Shown here: positions 29,150 through 43,749 of the stretch, piece after piece
Layout: every line of letters starts with the position of its first letter
Position numbering within the stretch: position 1 is the first letter of the stretch
Source of the DNA: the human T2T-CHM13v2.0 reference genome, Homo sapiens
Length of the DNA stretch: 64,000 bases
NCBI RefSeq assembly: GCF_009914755.1
Contig: NC_060936.1
Reading direction: 5' to 3' (one strand)
Made by a program: the position numbers and the translations under genes
The notes under the pieces: generated by a model
Database searches by the model: none
What the model saw: the letters and a program-made list of their open reading frames with translations, nothing else
What the model was told of the DNA's origin: nothing

Positions 29150-29335
29150 AACTGATACTTTGCAGTCTGTGCCTGGATCACCTGGAGGGTTTTTCTTTTA
29201 AAACACAGTGCTGGGTCCCAACTCCAGAGTTCCTGATTGAACAGTTCAGGGGTGGGGCTTGAGAATTTGCATTCTCAAGTTTTCGGGGGAAGCTGTTGCT
29301 GCTGGTCAGGGAAGTACACTTGAAAATGCACTACC
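29150..29335. mobile_element. MER5A
   Basis: GATCACCTGGAGGG...GCTGGGTCCCAACTCCAGAGTTCCTGATT...GGGGTGGGGCTTGAGAATTTGCATT. Confidence 0.8.
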
Positions 29336-30039
29336 CTATGGTGCTGTCCTCATCTGGACCAGCCCATGGGAAAAGAAAAACAGAAAAAGATATGATCTGG
29401 AGATAATGCACACTTTTTTGCTGAGATTCTTTTAGGCAGATCAGAGTCAAATGGCCTCACCTATCTCCAAGAAAAATAAAAATGCAGCAGCTTCCATTAT
29501 TAAAGGGAAGAAGAAATCATTCCAATATTGAGTCTTCTGACCTGTGAACAAGATATAGCTCTCCAGTTATTAGGGTTTTCTGTAATTCTCTCAGCAATGT
29601 TTTGTGGTTTTCGGGTACAAGTCTTTCACATCTTTTATCAGATTTATTTTTAAGTATTTCATAGTTTCGGTGGTATTACATGTGGTATTTTTAATTTTTG
29701 AGTGTTTCTTACACATATAGAAATACAATTCAATTGTCATTCTCTTCAAATTGATCTAAAGATTTAATACAAATCCAATTAAAGCTTAGCAGGTCTCTTT
29801 TTGGGTCAAAATTGACAAGCTGATTCTAAAATTCATGTGGAAAGGCAGAGGACCTAGAATAGTCAACATGAAGAAATTGGAAGGCTAATATCACCTGATG
29901 TCGAGATTTATTATAAAGTAATCAGTTATGGAGATGGAATATCTAGTAAAAGCACTGTTGAAGTAGAAATTATCACTATTACTACATCTTTCCTTCTTCT
30001 TATTCTACCCTCAGACTCTCAGGGCATGAATACTATGGT

Positions 30040-30359
30040 TTTATGGACTGAATGTTTGTGTCCCCACCCCCACACCCCCATTTACATGTTGAGGCCCAAA
30101 GGGTGGGGTCCTATGATGAGATTAGTGCCCTTATAAGAAGAGGCACCAGAGAGCTTGTTCTTTCTCTCTCTGCCATGTGAGAATACCATGAGAAGCTAGG
30201 CTGTCTCCAACTCAGGAAAAGAGACTTCACCAGAAACTGACCATGCTGGCATCCTTGTCTCAGACTTCTGGCCTCCAGAAATGTAAGCAAATAACTTTTT
30301 CTTGTTTAAGCCACACAGTCTATGGTATTTTGTTATGGCAGCCCGAGCTAACTAAGACA
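30040..30359 (+). mobile_element. MLT1A0 solo LTR inserted in L1
   Basis: TATGGACTGAATGTTTGTGTCCCC...GCAGCCCGAGCTAACTAAGACA; 5-bp TSD ATGGT (30035-30039/30360-30364). Confidence 0.9.
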
Positions 30360-31604
30360 ATGGTAAAGACATAAGGATAGACAAATAGGTCAATGAAACA
30401 GAACACAGTACAGAAAAAGACCCACATATACATGGACAACTGATTTTTGACAAAGGTGCAGAGACAATTCAGTGGCGAAAGCATAGTCTTTTCAACAAAT
30501 GGTGCTGGAACAATCGGACATCTACATGCAAAAGAAACCAAACAAACATCAATCCAAACCTTAAACTATATATAAAAATTAACTCAGAATCCCAAATTGA
30601 ATCATAAACCTAAATGTAAAGCCTAAAACTCTAAAACTTGTAAAAGAAAACATAAATAAAATCTTTGTGACCTTGGTTAGGCAAAGATTTCTTAGATATG
30701 ACACCAAAGGTTTGGTCTATAAAACAAAAAGATGGATAAATTAGATCTCATCAAAATTAAAAACTTCTGCTTGCCAAAGGATATTAAGAGAATGCAAAGA
30801 CAAGCCAGAGACTGAAAGAAAATATTTGCAAAGAATATATCTGCTAGAGAACATGTATCCATTATATACATAGAACTCTCAAAAGTCAATAATATAAAAA
30901 TAACACAACAAAAAATGGGCAGCAGATAGACTTAACCAAAGAAGATATGTGGATTTGAAACAAGCACATGAACAGATGCTTCATATCATTATTCATTAGG
31001 GCAATACTAATTAAAACCATAATGAGATACCACTGCACATTTGTTAGCACTGCTAAAATTAAAAAGATTGATATACCAAGTGTTGACCAGAATGTGAAGG
31101 AATGGGAATTCTCATACTATGGTGTTGGGAATGTAAATTGGCATAGCCAGCTTGGAAATGCTTGGCAGTTTCTTAAAAAGGTAAACATACCTTCTCAGAA
31201 GACCTAGCCATTCCACTGTGAGGTATTAAAATCATATGTCAATAGATACCCTTTGGCATGATTGTTCACAATAGCCTCAGACTGGAAAAAAATCAAAAGC
31301 CTAACAATAAGTGAATGAATAAGCAAATTGTGTCATGTTCATATAATGAGATGCTACTCAGCAACACAATGGGAGGAACTATTGGTAATACAACAACATG
31401 GCGATATCTTGAGATTATTATGCTGAATGAAAGAGGTCAGACATAGAGTATATATTGTATAAGTCTATGCTTATAAAACATTAAAAATGAAAATTTATTT
31501 CATTGACAGAAGGTAGATCAGTTGTTTCCTGGGGTGAATGTGTGGGAAGGGGTAGACGAGAGGAATTACCAAGGACGTGAGGAATTTTGGATGTGTGGAA
31601 CATA

Positions 31605-31937
31605 CAGTTGCCCCTCCACATCCGTGAATTCTGCATCAGTGAATTCAACCAACTGTGGATTAAAAATATTTGGAAAAAATTTGTGTCCATATTTAACATG
31701 CACAGACCTTTTTCGTCATTATTCCCTAAACAACATAGCCTAACAATTATTTATATAGTATTTACATTGTATCAGGTATTATGAGTAATCCAGAGATGAT
31801 TTAAAGTATATGGGAGGATGTGCATAGGTTATACACAAATACTACAGCATTTTATATAAGGGAGTAGAGCATTTGAGGACTTTGATACCTGAGGGAGATT
31901 CTGGAACCAATCCCCCAATGATACTGAGGGATGACTG
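31605..31937. mobile_element. MER2 (Tigger family MITE)
   Basis: TIRs CAGTTGCCCCTC.../...GAGGGATGACTG with TA target duplication. Confidence 0.9.
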
Positions 31938-33148
31938 TATTGACTCTCTTAAATGTGGTAATTATTTTATGGGTTTTACATATATCAAAACATCAGATTG
32001 TATACCTACTGTGTTTATAGTATGCCTATTTTATTATACCTCAGTAAAGCTGGAAAAAGAAAAAAGCATACAAGGAGATAATGGCATATGACGTTATCAC
32101 AGATTATATATATTTTTAATGCTAGAATTCACTTGAACTAAATGGATATCTGACTATTTTCAACTATTTTTTTAAACAGATTCATGTGCATAAAAGCCTA
32201 AGTACGGATGTGGCTCAAGGGATGTTTTAGTTATGTTATCTTCCTGTTACCAAATGGGAAACACATATCTAGAGTAAGAACGATTGAGAGGAAGATATCA
32301 GCAGACCAGGATTTCAGTTCCAATTTCCCCAAATGCATGGGGAAATTTATCTGACCATTCTAATTTTGCCACTTGTTAAAATGGCCAAAATAATACTTAA
32401 CGCAGAGGACATAATGGAAAAAGGAGAAGAAATATCTAGTAAAAGTACTGTTACATTGTTTGAAAAAGGAATTATTACTATCACTACATATTCTTTTCTC
32501 CTCCCTTCTCCTTAGTTTTACCAGTCCCTGGAAATCTTTTACCATTCAGCTTCAGTTGGCATCTTTCCTATTTAAAGCAAAATGTGTTGAGTCGGCAGAT
32601 TTGACTGACTTCTAAAGCCTCTAGTGACTTGAAGCTGACAAACTCTTAACTCTTTTTGGCCCAGAAACTGAAGCTAAGGGATTTGTCAGTTTCAAGTTGC
32701 TTTTGAGGCTACTGTGGCTTTTCCCCAAGCTTGGTCTTGCCATAGTGGCAGATTGATTGAAGAGTGAGTGAATTAGTGTTTATGTCTAAGCTGAAGCTTT
32801 GACTAAAGATTAGCTACCGTAAGAAGATTAGGAGGGGAGGAATGAAATGCATTCCTTCACAGATGGGGATGTTAGGATTTTCCAGAGGTGTCTATTTAGG
32901 GCGAGCCATTTTGGCTGTCTGTCAGTGCCCAGCACAGGGACTGCCCACCCATGAGACGCTTGCATAGGTGCTTCAGAAAAATAGCATCGGCATGTCCCTA
33001 AGTAACATTACTGTAGCATTATTACCAAGCATGAGGGTATAATGAGCAGCCTATGAGGCTGACAGAACATAGAGGATTATGGGCATTTGTAAAATGCCTC
33101 CCCGGTGACGACCTCTCCCTTTCTTACAGGATGGGGGAGTGCTTCAAC

Positions 33149-33352
33149 CAGTAGTATACTGGTAAATGTTTAACAACTGGCTCTGGGGAGTGGGGAGAGC
33201 CCTGATTTTTAGTGTTTGCCAATTTCCATGGTTTAAATATTATTGCTATGGCCAATTTTAAGCTTCCAACATATTGTCAGTTGGCTCACAAAATTCCTGA
33301 AGATTTAGGTTGGCTCTCAAAAGCTGGTGAAAGCTGGCTCCAGAGCAATACT
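33149..33352. mobile_element. MER63-like hAT MITE
   Basis: CAGTAGTATACTGGTAAATGTTTAACAACTGGCTCT...GCTGGCTCCAGAGCAATACTG. Confidence 0.75.
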
Positions 33353-33769
33353 GGATCCAACAAACCAGCGGGCGAGGCCCACCCATTAAGTAAAGGATAG
33401 AGCCATTCTCTATATCTTGCTCCCAGCTCTACCCTGGACACTCAGGGCATGAAGAAATGCCTGTTACGGTTCATGAATTGCCTAAGGTAACACAAGCTCT
33501 CAGAGATAGAAATGAAACTTTAAAAATGAAAGCATGGATGTGATACTGTCTTTTTCCTTCTCATCCTTTTTGATTGGCCATCAGTGTGTCTTGTACAGTT
33601 TGAGTCATACCAAAGAAGATTTCTCAACTAGCAGGATCAAAGTTCTTTTTAAAGAGTTGATTTTTTTTTTTTTTTCCGGAGCTAAAATGGTCTCCCCAGC
33701 TGCTAAGAAAAGAGGAAACTGTGGTGTTTTCTCTGGAACTTTCCCCAAGCACTCTAGTTTTCAGTGGGG

Positions 33770-34340
33770 TCAGTGTGATACCATTCCCTAAGAATGTTTT
33801 GGAAATTCACTGGGAAGATGTTTAATCATCCCAGTGATTTTAGGTTTCACAATGGCTTGGCTATTAACAATAGCATGCGAGAAGGCAGGAATGCTAAGGA
33901 TCTTGTGGAGCATAGGACAGTCTCACACAAAGAAATGTCCTGTGTTCTGTACAACTTCAAATGTTCCCCCCAGCCATTCTTGCAGGTGAAAAAAGCCACT
34001 TACAATTTTCTAAGCTTGGAATATAACTTCATTTTACCTATGGACATGATAGGCCCTTGTACCGCCTAAACATACATGAAATTTTTTAAGAATGCAGCTG
34101 CCGTGTAAACTGAAGGGAAACTACCTGACACTTTGTTGAGAACATTATTGAGCATGACATCATGTTTAAGGGTTATCCCCCAGTTTGGAAAAGCATATCA
34201 TTGCCAATAAGATGACCCAGCATTGGTAGCTGTTACACATTCAAGGTGATTTTAAGTAATAGGAATATAGTTATTAATTACCCTTTGTTTAAAAATGTCA
34301 AATATAAATTAAGTGTCTCTTAAATGCAAAGATTTATTAC
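33770..34340. mobile_element. MER20B-like DNA transposon remnant
   Basis: GGAATGCTAAGGATCTTG..AGGACAGTC, TTCAAATGTTCCCC, GGTGAAAAAA and GAATGCAGCTGCCGTGTAAA follow the recalled MER20B order. Confidence 0.55.
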
Positions 34341-34459
34341 AAATAAATGCAAGCACGTGACTGCTTCCTTAAGTCTTTGGACGTAATTGTGTTTGAATAT
34401 TTTCCTTTTGAAATACATATAATGTTATTATATTTAATTGGTTTACTATCTGCTCAGAC

Positions 34460-35060
34460 TACTCAGAAAATCCTCAACCTCTCTCTCCTCCTTATTCCTC
34501 AGGGTCATTCATTTAAGTTCTGTTGGTTCTATTTCCTAATTTTGCCTTCTCTTGTTTATACCAATGCTACCTTAGTTCAGGCTCACACTCTTTCTTGCTT
34601 GACTATTCCAAAGTCTACCTTCATTGTACAATTCCTTACTGTACAGTCTTTTATCATCCCAGTCCATTCTCCACATAAATGTTAAAGTGATCTTCCTAAA
34701 ACACAAGTCAGGGAGTGTTATTTCCTCACTGAAAACATCACTGGGTCCTAGCTGAATAGAGAATGAAACCCAGACTTCTCAGAATGGCACATATGACAAT
34801 CACTGTTGATCTTCATCGGCCTTCAAGCCATGTGTCAGCCACAGTGACCAGGCCACCCATGCCATTCATTTGTCTAGGTTTGAGCATGCTATTGTCTTTG
34901 TTTGAGGAATCTTTCTCCTCCCTCCTGTCAGCCTGGAGAATTTCATTCATTCTTTCTGACTCAATCCAAGTTTCTATTCCAAAACTCACCGACTTGAATG
35001 GTTTCAAGTGATCTGTGTAGTCATCTTTATTATGATGCTTAGTGTACTCTATTAGAACAG
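34460..35060 (+). mobile_element. L2 fragment
   Basis: CCTTAGTTCAGGCTCACACTCTTTCTTGCTTGACTATT; CCAGTCCATTCTCCACA...AGTGATCTTCCTAAAACACAAGTC. Confidence 0.65.
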
Positions 35061-37015
35061 GCCTATGACCACCAGGCACGACCTGAGCCCATTCCCCACC
35101 CCTAATTTGTCTATATGAGAAGACTGGGAAGTGGGGGAAAGAAAGACACCAGGATCCTTTGCCTCAAGGGGAGGGCTTGGAATGTAACTTCATTTTACCT
35201 ATGGACATGATAGGCCCTTGCTTTCCCAGCATGTCAAAGACAAATGAGGAGGGATCCAAGAGGACTTCTTGGAAGAAAAGGACCACCTGCATCTTGACCT
35301 CTGCCTGGATGCTTGCTGCACGACAGAATCCATAAGGTCTCTGGGTTGCTTTTATAGTAAAGTGTGCCAAGAGATTTCTTGCCAGAACAGCAGTAATAAA
35401 TACCATTCATCAAGAGGTTGTTGTGTACCAGCATATTGCTGGTACACAATTTATGACCCACAAAAAAACCTTCTGTGGTAGACATGATGTTCTGTTTTGT
35501 AGAGATGAGAAACCTGATGCTTTGTGAAGCTAAGTTACTCTTGGTGACCAACCTGTAAATGGCGAAGGAGATCACTCTGTTCTAGGGCTGCTGAAGTAAA
35601 CTTCATCCACTTTCTACTATGCCAGGCCACAGAGTTTACAGGGTAGGAGGAAAAAGACCTGGTCATTTTTAAAGATATGCCAATTATATCAAAGTAATGA
35701 AACTAAAACTGAGACTAAATAGGCAATCCAGAATTATTACCTTTTGCAATTTTTAAAGCCATTCTATAGCAGGTACAGCAGTATTTCCGTTTCTAGTTTT
35801 AGAAAGGACAGTAACTAAATAATATGTTGCTAATGTTGTTATTTTAGTTTGTTTTAAATATTTCTTTCTGGCATGTTTTAAGAATTTCTAATTTCTCCAC
35901 CATTTCTAGAAAACAGAATATTTGTGTTTTTGAACTAAAAATCATATTCCTCTTCATTTTTTTGTAGATTTCAGAGCACATATACAAATATTTGCTAATT
36001 TGTTCCTCACAATCACACTATGCTGGAGAGAGGTGGCTATCAGTATCTTATTTTGCACATGATGAGATCCCGGGTGCAAATCAGAGATATTCAGCAACTC
36101 CCTCAAGGTCACACAGTGATCCAAAATAGAGTTGAGACTCAATCTTACATCTTCCCTCTCAAAACCTTCCTTGTCATGACTCACTAGCAACACATATTTT
36201 TTATTTACTGAATAAGTATATTTCATGTAGCTATTTATCAGAATTTAGAAGCTGGAAGCTGAGGGTATGCACAAGTTATTTCTGAAATTCCACTTATAAA
36301 AATGAGTCTTAATATAAATTACAGTTGCATTACATGGTTGTCATAGCTAAAAGCTATGAGGTTTTCTAATGTTTAAATTTTTGAATAATTAAATGAACAG
36401 CAGCATGTACAATGTAAATTCCTTAAATTTAATTAAATGATACCCCTATATAAAGGACTATTGTGAAATGTATGTGTAATGATTAAAGGGTTTAGTACAT
36501 ACAGAGTAATTTTCCCTAGTGCTTAAAAGGTCACCAGAAAGAAAAAAGTGACAAATATGCTGTTTTAAGCTTTTTTTTTTTTGCCACTTTAAAAATGTCA
36601 CAGTGAGTGAAAGGAAAAAGCTGCCCGATAGCAGATGAATGGGTATTGACAGCTGCACCAGTGTTAAATGCTGCATGGCAGAAAAATCTAGTGAAGAAAA
36701 AACAAACTGTATTCACGTTTCCATATTGCTTTTTATTAAATTTAAGTACAGCGACTTTAACTTTGATTTATATCTGAATTTGGTAATGAAGGCAATTTGT
36801 TAGACAAATCTATGTACACACAGAAAAGATAGGTATATAATATAGGACATTTTAATCATGCACTAAATATAAAATTATCTTGACAACACATGTGATATTT
36901 TATGGTGTCCATATGGTATTGCATATGCAGTTTATAATATACAACTGGTATCTGGATAACATATGATATAGATATAAAGCACACCCTACAAGCTTAGAAT
37001 TCTATGATTACACGT

Positions 37016-37016
<1 letters not shown>

Positions 37017-37046
<30 letters not shown>

Positions 37047-37049
37047 TAC
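37017..37049 (+). repeat. (CA)n microsatellite
   Basis: About 13 CA units followed by TACA units. Confidence 0.95.
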
Positions 37050-38232
37050 AGAGACGCGATATTCATGGTTTCTCTGCTTTAAATATACATTTAACCTCTG
37101 CACCCATGTATTCATATTATGAAGGGCTCGAGTTACTTCTGGGGGTGTGTGAGATTTCTTTTGGCTTGAACAACTCTTTCCCCAGAAGCCTGGAAAATTC
37201 ATCATATTGGATAGCCAGGTGTTCTCCATTTGCAAATATTATTACCTTATAGGATTAGAAAACGGCTTAATTATGAGAAAGGGAAAATAAACAATGCAGT
37301 CGGCAGAAAATGTCACCATACTCCATAGTCAGGCAGTGTCCTATAGATGGCATTGTCTTTGGGCATTCATAATGCACGGGGTAGGAGGTAACTTTTAAGC
37401 TGGAAACCACAGAGTTTCTGCTGGCAGTCTCTAATGCTGTCAGGCTGCCGCACTGGAGCTCTGAAACTAGACTTTTTGCTCTTTGTCATTCTTAAACATG
37501 ACCATCTTCCTCTGAGGCAGGCCTGACTAATGTTTTTCCTGAATAACCATCGTTCCCAGGAGAAAGTCATCTTCAACATGCAATCTTAATCACCACAAGC
37601 AAATTTCTTGTGTATCCGTCTACCCCACTAGACAAGAGCAAAGACCCGTCCTGTTCATTCTTGGATCCCTACCACCACAGTGCAGTACCTGTCATCTAGT
37701 AGGTGCTCAACAAATTAATTCAATGAATGAATGAATGATTGCAATAGTATTTCTACCTAAAGTGGAATACCTTTCTGGAGTTCTTTAGTACTGGGGGTAA
37801 TTTGTTGTACTTTTGTTGCCAGAATCACAAATAAATGAAGCCTGTCTTCAATTTTCATGAGTTTCTCAACTTTAGGAGTCTATTTTTGAAATAACTCTTT
37901 CATACTCTGCTGTCACAGTTGGCTCTGGTAACAATACTCCTGCAAAGATGATGTTTCTCCTTGTGCTTGGGGCGTTTGGTTAGGCAGATTAAGAAAAACA
38001 CTTGAAGAATGAACAAACATCACCTTAAGCTACATAGTTATAATCCATAAGAAAATAGTGAATAGTGCTAATGGAAAATACCTGAACTTTGGAGTTTTAA
38101 TTTATTTTAACTTTGCAAACATCTGCAGTGTAAACTAATATCAAAAAAATTACATGAACAAAATTACTTTGTTGTATAATTAGAATATTCTACCAGCATA
38201 CATAAATTTTGAAGTGAATGCTGTCATTTTTT

Positions 38233-39403
<1,171 letters not shown>

Positions 39404-42400
39404 TTAAATTGCATAAAATTATATTCAAAGGTGCTATTGAGTGTCAGAATTGGTTAGAAAAGATTATTATTTAGACCCTAAATACAAGCTTATGTGTTTA
39501 CTAGATGTATTTATTTTTTCACAGCCAAATATGCTGTAATTTAAATGCGTAGAAACGGCATTAATGCATTCTGAGCTATGGTCATTTTTGTTGTTTTCTA
39601 TGACAGTAATGCCTCTAACTCTATTACCAAATAAATCTCCCCCTAGATTTTGTAGATCTCTTGAGCTATGTGTTGACACCAAAACAAGCATATGAAAAAC
39701 CAAAACCCTGTCAATCTATTAATGCCTATGTGATGTCAACCCATAGCCTCAACTCATTTTTCCTCACTGAATCGACTGATTTTTCAAATGGAGTCAAACA
39801 AATATCCAACTATTTAGTTTCCTATTACACACTTGTAAGACTGAGGATGACTGAAAAATTATCTACTCCATGGCTTCCCATTCCAAGTTTTAATGGAGAC
39901 TGGTAGTCCACTACATGTATTTACCTTACTGGCCCAGCCACTTGATGTCATGTTGGTCTGCACCCCCGTAAAGAGTATCTACCCACGATGTTCTTAGGAA
40001 AAACGTAAAGATCATATTTCTGAGTTAGGTAAAATAATGAAATTGTTTGGTGTTTTCTAACCTCCACTTCTGGACCAGTAAGGCTAATGTCTGTTTCCAA
40101 GGGGAGTAGCAGCAAGGCTAATTATTTATTACCCCTTCTTCCAGAAGGAGTCGAAACTCAACAGCTTTGCTCCCTATACTTCCCCTTCTCTCTATCACAA
40201 CTGGAATGGTCTATAGAGAAATTAGACAGCTGTAAATGAACATCTGTCAATGTTCTGTTCATTTGATCCTGCCAATGGACTAACTAAAGACACATCTCTT
40301 ACTAAAAAGGCTTAAAATATGTAGATTTATATTGTTGAGTGTATGATAGTTGAAGAGGCTTATTCAAATCCATGAAGACTTCTGTGTTGTTGAGTTAGAC
40401 CAGAGAGAGTTTATTTTGGGGAGATTTCCCGCAAGGGAAGCTTGTGGTTGGGAGAAGCATATTAGCTCAGGGTGGTTGTCCTTTGGGAGTAGGCCACTTA
40501 ATCTGAGGGAATTTGGGAAGGGTAGACTATAAATCCCTAAATTAGAATTTGGCTGGAATACTAGGATCAATACCTCTCTTTTTAATAAAATTACCAGGGG
40601 ACTGTTAATAATCCCTGAAGTCTGACCAAGAGCCAGACTTATAGAGGGCTTATTACTTACTAAAACTCTGACTACATAAAACCAATAAGTGAACCATTCT
40701 TTATTTAATTGGCTTTGCTTGCCAATCATAATGGCCATTTGGACTAGCCACATGGTCAATAGGTTCTGTCTTTAATCTGAATATTTCAGATTGACCCTTT
40801 TCCACTCTTTTGTCTTTAAGCAGGTGAACACAGTGGCCTAAGAGTGACTTCCACTTGTTTAGTTGGATTTTCCAAGTGGCCTAAATTATTTGTCAATAAA
40901 TTGATTAGCACTATTGGGAGTCACAGGAACTCTTGAGTGATCAGGAGACTATATGGTTTCTGGAAGCCATAACCTGAGCCCAGGGAATAAATGAAGTTCT
41001 GAGAGTAATTTAGGAGCTAAGAAAATTTAGTACATCAGATAATAACTTACTCAACAGTACCCTGGAGGTTTGAAGAGTTAATGTAATTTCTGAACCTGTG
41101 TAAGTTATTGCCAGGGAGTAGCTTCACATGGATGGAAGAGAATTCAATGTACCATCATAATCTTTTACAGTATCTGGGTTCACCTTTGACATCTATTTTG
41201 GACTTGCTTCATCTCTAGTTTTAAGTTTATGAAATGTGGGCTTCTTGGTAGCATTTTTAATCACCTCACCACCTTAGAAATCCTTTCCCATTCATACTAT
41301 CTTCTCAGAATTTATAAAATAGATTTCAGAATTCACTATAATAAATTCCTTGCTCTAAATTTCGTTTGGATTCTAATTATTTTCCAAGTAGAAATGGTCA
41401 CTGGTTTTTAGTCATATCAACTGTCTCTGAAAAGTTTCCTTTGAAATATCTCATTGTTAGAAGCAATTTTAAGAATATATTTTAAAAGATATGAGATACA
41501 TGAGTTGCATGAGATATACAAGTTTTGTGTATTCCCAATCTGTATTTTAATACCACATATACTTCATATATATACTATGTGTATATAATACTACATATTT
41601 TTGTACTACATATATAGTAGATGCAGTGTACATCAAAACACATAGTAACGTTTTTTTTTTTTCTGGGGAGAAAGCAGGAGAATTGGACTAGTATGGGAAA
41701 TAGAAGGAACTTTATATGTGGAAGGTTTTATTTCTCTCAAAAAAGTATCACAAAATGTTAGCATTTATTAAAACTGTATAGTAGATATATATGTGTTTAT
41801 AATATCATTCTTTGCACTTCTCTATATTCTTAAGAAATTTTCAGTAGAAGAAAATGATTTAGAATGTTTTCCTTCATGATGCATTCTTAATGAACTCTTT
41901 CTTGGAATTAATTTTCGTTTAAATTCTTAAATTTTTGTACTTTTTTCTTCTTTAAAATCAGAAAGTTACTTTGGCATTGTTTAAAGAATGATGAAAATCT
42001 CATTTAGATCTGGGTTGAAAAATCCTTTCTAATTCATCAAAGCATTTATATTTTTTTAAACATTAATTTAAGTCTGTCCCTCAGACTGTCACATCTTTCT
42101 TAAGGGGTTTCTCATAGTCTTTTGACTACTCCATCTGCTCTTCTAAAAGGAGAACATCAAACTAGTTTGTTTGACGTGACACAATTAGATCTCAGATGCT
42201 CAGTTGCCTGACCATTTGTAAAAGCATTTTCTAGAAATTAGGAATAGACCAAAGAACTTCTGACTTTCTCTAAGGCCTTTATTTAGTTGATTTTCCATCA
42301 CTTTGGTTTGTATTTCTATTCAACATCTTCAGTTGAAAACAAATAATTTTTGTTCAGGGTCCTTTTTCCCAAATAGCACTCCCATTGGTAATTAATCAGT

Positions 42401-42858
42401 GGTTATTTCTCCTCCTTTTCCACCTTTTTCTTTATCTTTTTGTTGAATTGTGTACTTTAGCATTAATGGCATCTAGCCCATAGTCAAAAGATGTGCTTCC
42501 TGAGTTTTAAAAATTGTGTTGGCTAGGGAAAACAATGCATGAAAAAAATGAACACACATATATTTAGTTAGACACATAATAGCTATGTCATCTAGAGAGG
42601 TGAGGAGGTCAGCCACTTTCCCAACAGAGTCTCAGGATGGCAATACTTTGGTGTGGTTACCACATTTTAGGTCGAATAACTCAACTTTGACAGCTTAGTC
42701 ATATGAACAGACTTGATTTATTCCAACTCACAAAACACTGATGTATAAGCCAGTTGCCAATTTATTAATTTATTCTGAGAAAGCTATGAAGTGATGCCAA
42801 TGGTTCCTTCATTCCTTTCTTGTAGGGAAAAAAAGAAAACATAAAAAATAAGGCCATG

Positions 42859-43154
42859 GGCCAGGTGTGGTGGCTTACTACTGTAATCCCAGGATTTTGG
42901 GAGGCAGAGGAAGGTGGATCACCTAGGTCAGGAGTTCAAGACCAGTTTGACCAATGTGGTAAAACCCTGTCTCTACTGAAAATACAAAACATTAGCCGGG
43001 CATGGTGGCGAGTGCCTTAATTCCAGCTACTCGGGAGGCTAAGGCAGGAGAATTGCTTGAACCCGGGAGGCGGAGGTTGCCGTTTGCACTCCAGCCTGGG
43101 CAACAAGAGCGAAACTCCATCTCAAAACAAACAAAAACAAATAAACACAAAAAG
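42859..43154 (+). mobile_element. AluS with ~20-bp right-arm deletion
   Basis: GGAGGTTGCCG-TTTGCACTCC; TSD AAATAAGGCCATG/AAATAAGACCATG. Confidence 0.92.
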
Positions 43155-43340
43155 AAATAAGACCATGACCAGGAAACTTGGTAATTATGGTATTAGAGCA
43201 AGAGGGGTTGGTTGAATGGCCTTGATCTGAAACATCCCTCTCTGAGACCAAGCGGTTTGGACGGCTCACACCATTTGGCCAGAGTGCTGTCTACCCTGGA
43301 CTATCCTGAGTAAACCTTAAGAAATCCTTCCTGTTTCTAG

Positions 43341-43602
<262 letters not shown>

Positions 43603-43749
43603 TCTAGGCTTCTTGATGTTGTTTTTTCAGACTGGCTGAAGTAGAACTGAGCATGACCATTTATTTATATTAATAGTTTAGATGATGGATATGAAACACT
43701 CAGCATCAGGTATCGAGGAATAAATGTTGCTTGCTGGTGCTAGGGAGTC

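Larger units (their letters stand above)
29515..32065 (+). mobile_element. Old L1 (L1MB/L1MC-like) 3' portion with inverted 5' segment (29515-29731 antisense)
   Basis: Sense ORF2 end and 3' UTR (ATTTTTGACAAAGGTGCA, AAAACCATAATGAGATACCAC). The antisense 5' block begins at TCCAATATTGAGTCTTC, contiguous in consensus with the start of the sense block. Confidence 0.8.

Noticed and set aside
33103-33114. CGGTGACGACCT resembling the RPS27 5' UTR
   Set aside because: Only 12 bp, with no flanking similarity; compatible with chance.
43291-43301. CTACCCTGGAC also matching the 33429 donor
   Set aside because: An 11-bp match without extension is expected by chance.
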